From the NCBI GenBank assembly GCA_051876145.1, contig JBJEHP010000263.1:1-25637 (forward strand): a stretch of 25,637 nucleotides of DNA. Direction: 5' to 3'. A model generated the notes under the pieces. That model searched no databases. It had not been told where the DNA came from and saw nothing but the letters and a program-made list of their open reading frames with translations. The translations under genes and the position numbers were made by a program. Position 1 is the first letter of the stretch; each line of letters begins with the position of its first letter. Source of the DNA: Coriobacteriales bacterium (GTDB taxonomy: Bacteria; Actinomycetota; Coriobacteriia; Coriobacteriales; QAMH01). Below, piece after piece: positions 24,410 to 25,637 of the stretch.

Positions 24410-24946
24410 TCACCCTGCGGGCGCGAAAATCCTGCTGAGAACGGCGGCGATGTTCTCTGAGTGCTCTTCGAACCCGTGTGCCGCCCATGCCTCGTAGCAG
24501 CCGAACAACGCTCCCACGAACGCGTCGAGTTCGATGCTGTGCGCTTTGTCGTCGTTTCCGAAGACGTTGTGCACATACTCGGAAACGGCGGTACTGAACG
24601 AATTGCCGAGTCCAGACTTCTGCAGGCATTCGATAAGGTCGGAGTTCTTGCGAAAGAACTCGAGGCAGACGACGAGGTTGTTCATGCCGTAGTAGGACTC
24701 TCCGCTGCTCACGTAGGGGCGCGTCTCGAGTCGGTACTCCTCGACGAGCTCGGACAGGCGCATCGTGAGAATCTCTTCCTTCGAGCTGTAGTTGCGGTAG
24801 AAGGCCATACGCGAGACGCCAGCGCGCTTTGCCAGCTCGGTTATCGAGATCTCGGAGAGCGGCTTTTCGAGCGTCAACTGGATGAGCGCGGTCGTGATGC
24901 ACTCGCGCACGAAGAGCTTGGACGCGCTTGCGTGTTGTTCGGTCAT
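24410..24946 (-). CDS. TetR/AcrR-family transcriptional regulator
   Basis: ITTALIQLTLEKPLSEISITELAKRAGVSRMAFYRNYSSKEEIL. GGAGG RBS before the ATG at 24946; 178 aa. Confidence 0.92.
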   Translation of the reverse strand: MTEQHASASKLFVRECITTALIQLTLEKPLSEISITELAKRAGVSRMAFYRNYSSKEEILTMRLSELVEEYRLETRPYVSSGESYYGMNNLVVCLEFFRKNSDLIECLQKSGLGNSFSTAVSEYVHNVFGNDDKAHSIELDAFVGALFGCYEAWAAHGFEEHSENIAAVLSRIFAPAG

Positions 24947-25004
24947 GAACAATGCCTCCCGTTTTGTCACAGTGGCGTCTGTGCGCTGCTTGGGAAAGAA
25001 CTCT

Positions 25005-25025
25005 AGTGTTTCAATTTGTAACACT
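25005..25025. promoter_or_regulatory. Candidate TetR operator AGTGTTtCAAtTTGtAACACT
   Basis: 21-bp near-perfect palindrome (one mismatched pair) between tetR and the divergent gene. A related half-site TTTGTCACA lies at about 24963. Confidence 0.6.
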
Positions 25026-25050
25026 TGTTTTCCGACCGGACAAACGCGAG

Positions 25051-25637
25051 GTGAGGGCAATCAAAGAGCATGTGGCAAAAGCGCTGAGGGTGGTAACGGC
25101 TCCCCCGGTGCTCGTGACCGTGTTGCTGGCGGTGCTGTTCTGCAGCGAACCCGATGTCGTCTCTACCTGGCAGCAGCTTGTGTGCGCGGTGCTCCTGCTT
25201 GGCGCCGTGCCCGCGCTCGCCTATCCGCTCCAGCGGTTCGTCCCGGGCTTCAAGGACGAGGGACGTGACGGCCAGCGCAAGCTCGCGTTCGTGCTCTCCG
25301 TGGTGGGGTATCTGGTCGGGCTCGTGATGGGCCTGTGCGGGCTCGCGACGAGGGGGCTGCTGCTGATTTACCTCACGTATTTCGTGTCGGTGGTGATGCT
25401 GGTCTTCGTGAACAAGGTCCTGAAGGAAAAAGCGAGCGGACACGCGTGCTCGGTCACGGGGACGCTCGTCTTTGCCGTGTACTTTATTGGGATGGGCTCT
25501 TTGATTCCATGCCTCGTCGTATACGCGGCGATGGCCTGGTCGTCGGTTGTGCTCAAGCGCCATACCGTCCGAAATCTCGTCACGGGCACGCTCGTTTGCC
25601 TGCTCGGCTTCGCCATCGCGCTGATAGTGCTGGGATA
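25051..25637 (+). CDS. PAP2-superfamily-like polytopic membrane protein (3'-truncated by the window; absent from the ORF track)
   Basis: Frame is open to the window end: (V)RAIKEHVAKALRVVTAPP...KEKASGHACSVTG...WSSVVLKRHT. SGH and late-His motifs are PAP2-like; about 6 TM helices. Start is uncertain (GTG 25051 or 25072). Confidence 0.7.
   Translation, partial: MRAIKEHVAKALRVVTAPPVLVTVLLAVLFCSEPDVVSTWQQLVCAVLLLGAVPALAYPLQRFVPGFKDEGRDGQRKLAFVLSVVGYLVGLVMGLCGLATRGLLLIYLTYFVSVVMLVFVNKVLKEKASGHACSVTGTLVFAVYFIGMGSLIPCLVVYAAMAWSSVVLKRHTVRNLVTGTLVCLLGFAIALIVLG

Noticed and set aside
1-25637. Mobile elements or prophage
   Set aside because: No transposase, integrase, terminal inverted repeats with target duplication, or obvious compositional island seen.

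Overview
A high-GC window with no mobile element, CRISPR array or RNA gene. Gene content points to an anaerobic Coriobacteriia, probably Eggerthellaceae (inferred from a multi-TM LuxR sensor, a Tat flavoenzyme plus multiheme cytochrome, and an orphan molybdoenzyme). There are four blocks. (1) 326-6715: membrane LuxR regulator divergent from a Tat-exported flavin oxidoreductase, a membrane-anchored multiheme cytochrome c and a CcmF-type heme lyase. (2) 6872-10796: double-MarR regulator divergent from a cytoplasmic two-subunit DMSO-reductase-family molybdoenzyme with atypical motifs. (3) 11132-16554: ArsR plus a Cys-less thioredoxin-like protein with three ArsR-type boxes, then a Cys-type formate dehydrogenase and its NuoF-fragment/GltD-like partner. 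(4) 16739-25637: a cell-surface modification locus. It encodes an HTH-LicC-LicA fusion, a DMT (LicB-like) permease, a small unknown protein, an LtaS/alkaline-phosphatase-superfamily membrane transferase and a YidC-CDP-glycerol glycerophosphotransferase fusion, followed by a TetR/PAP2-like divergon. Block 4 has no LicD and is the best candidate for an undescribed system. A modular 58-bp palindromic repeat family occurs in three intergenic regions. All protein calls come from motifs read by eye; no database search was run.
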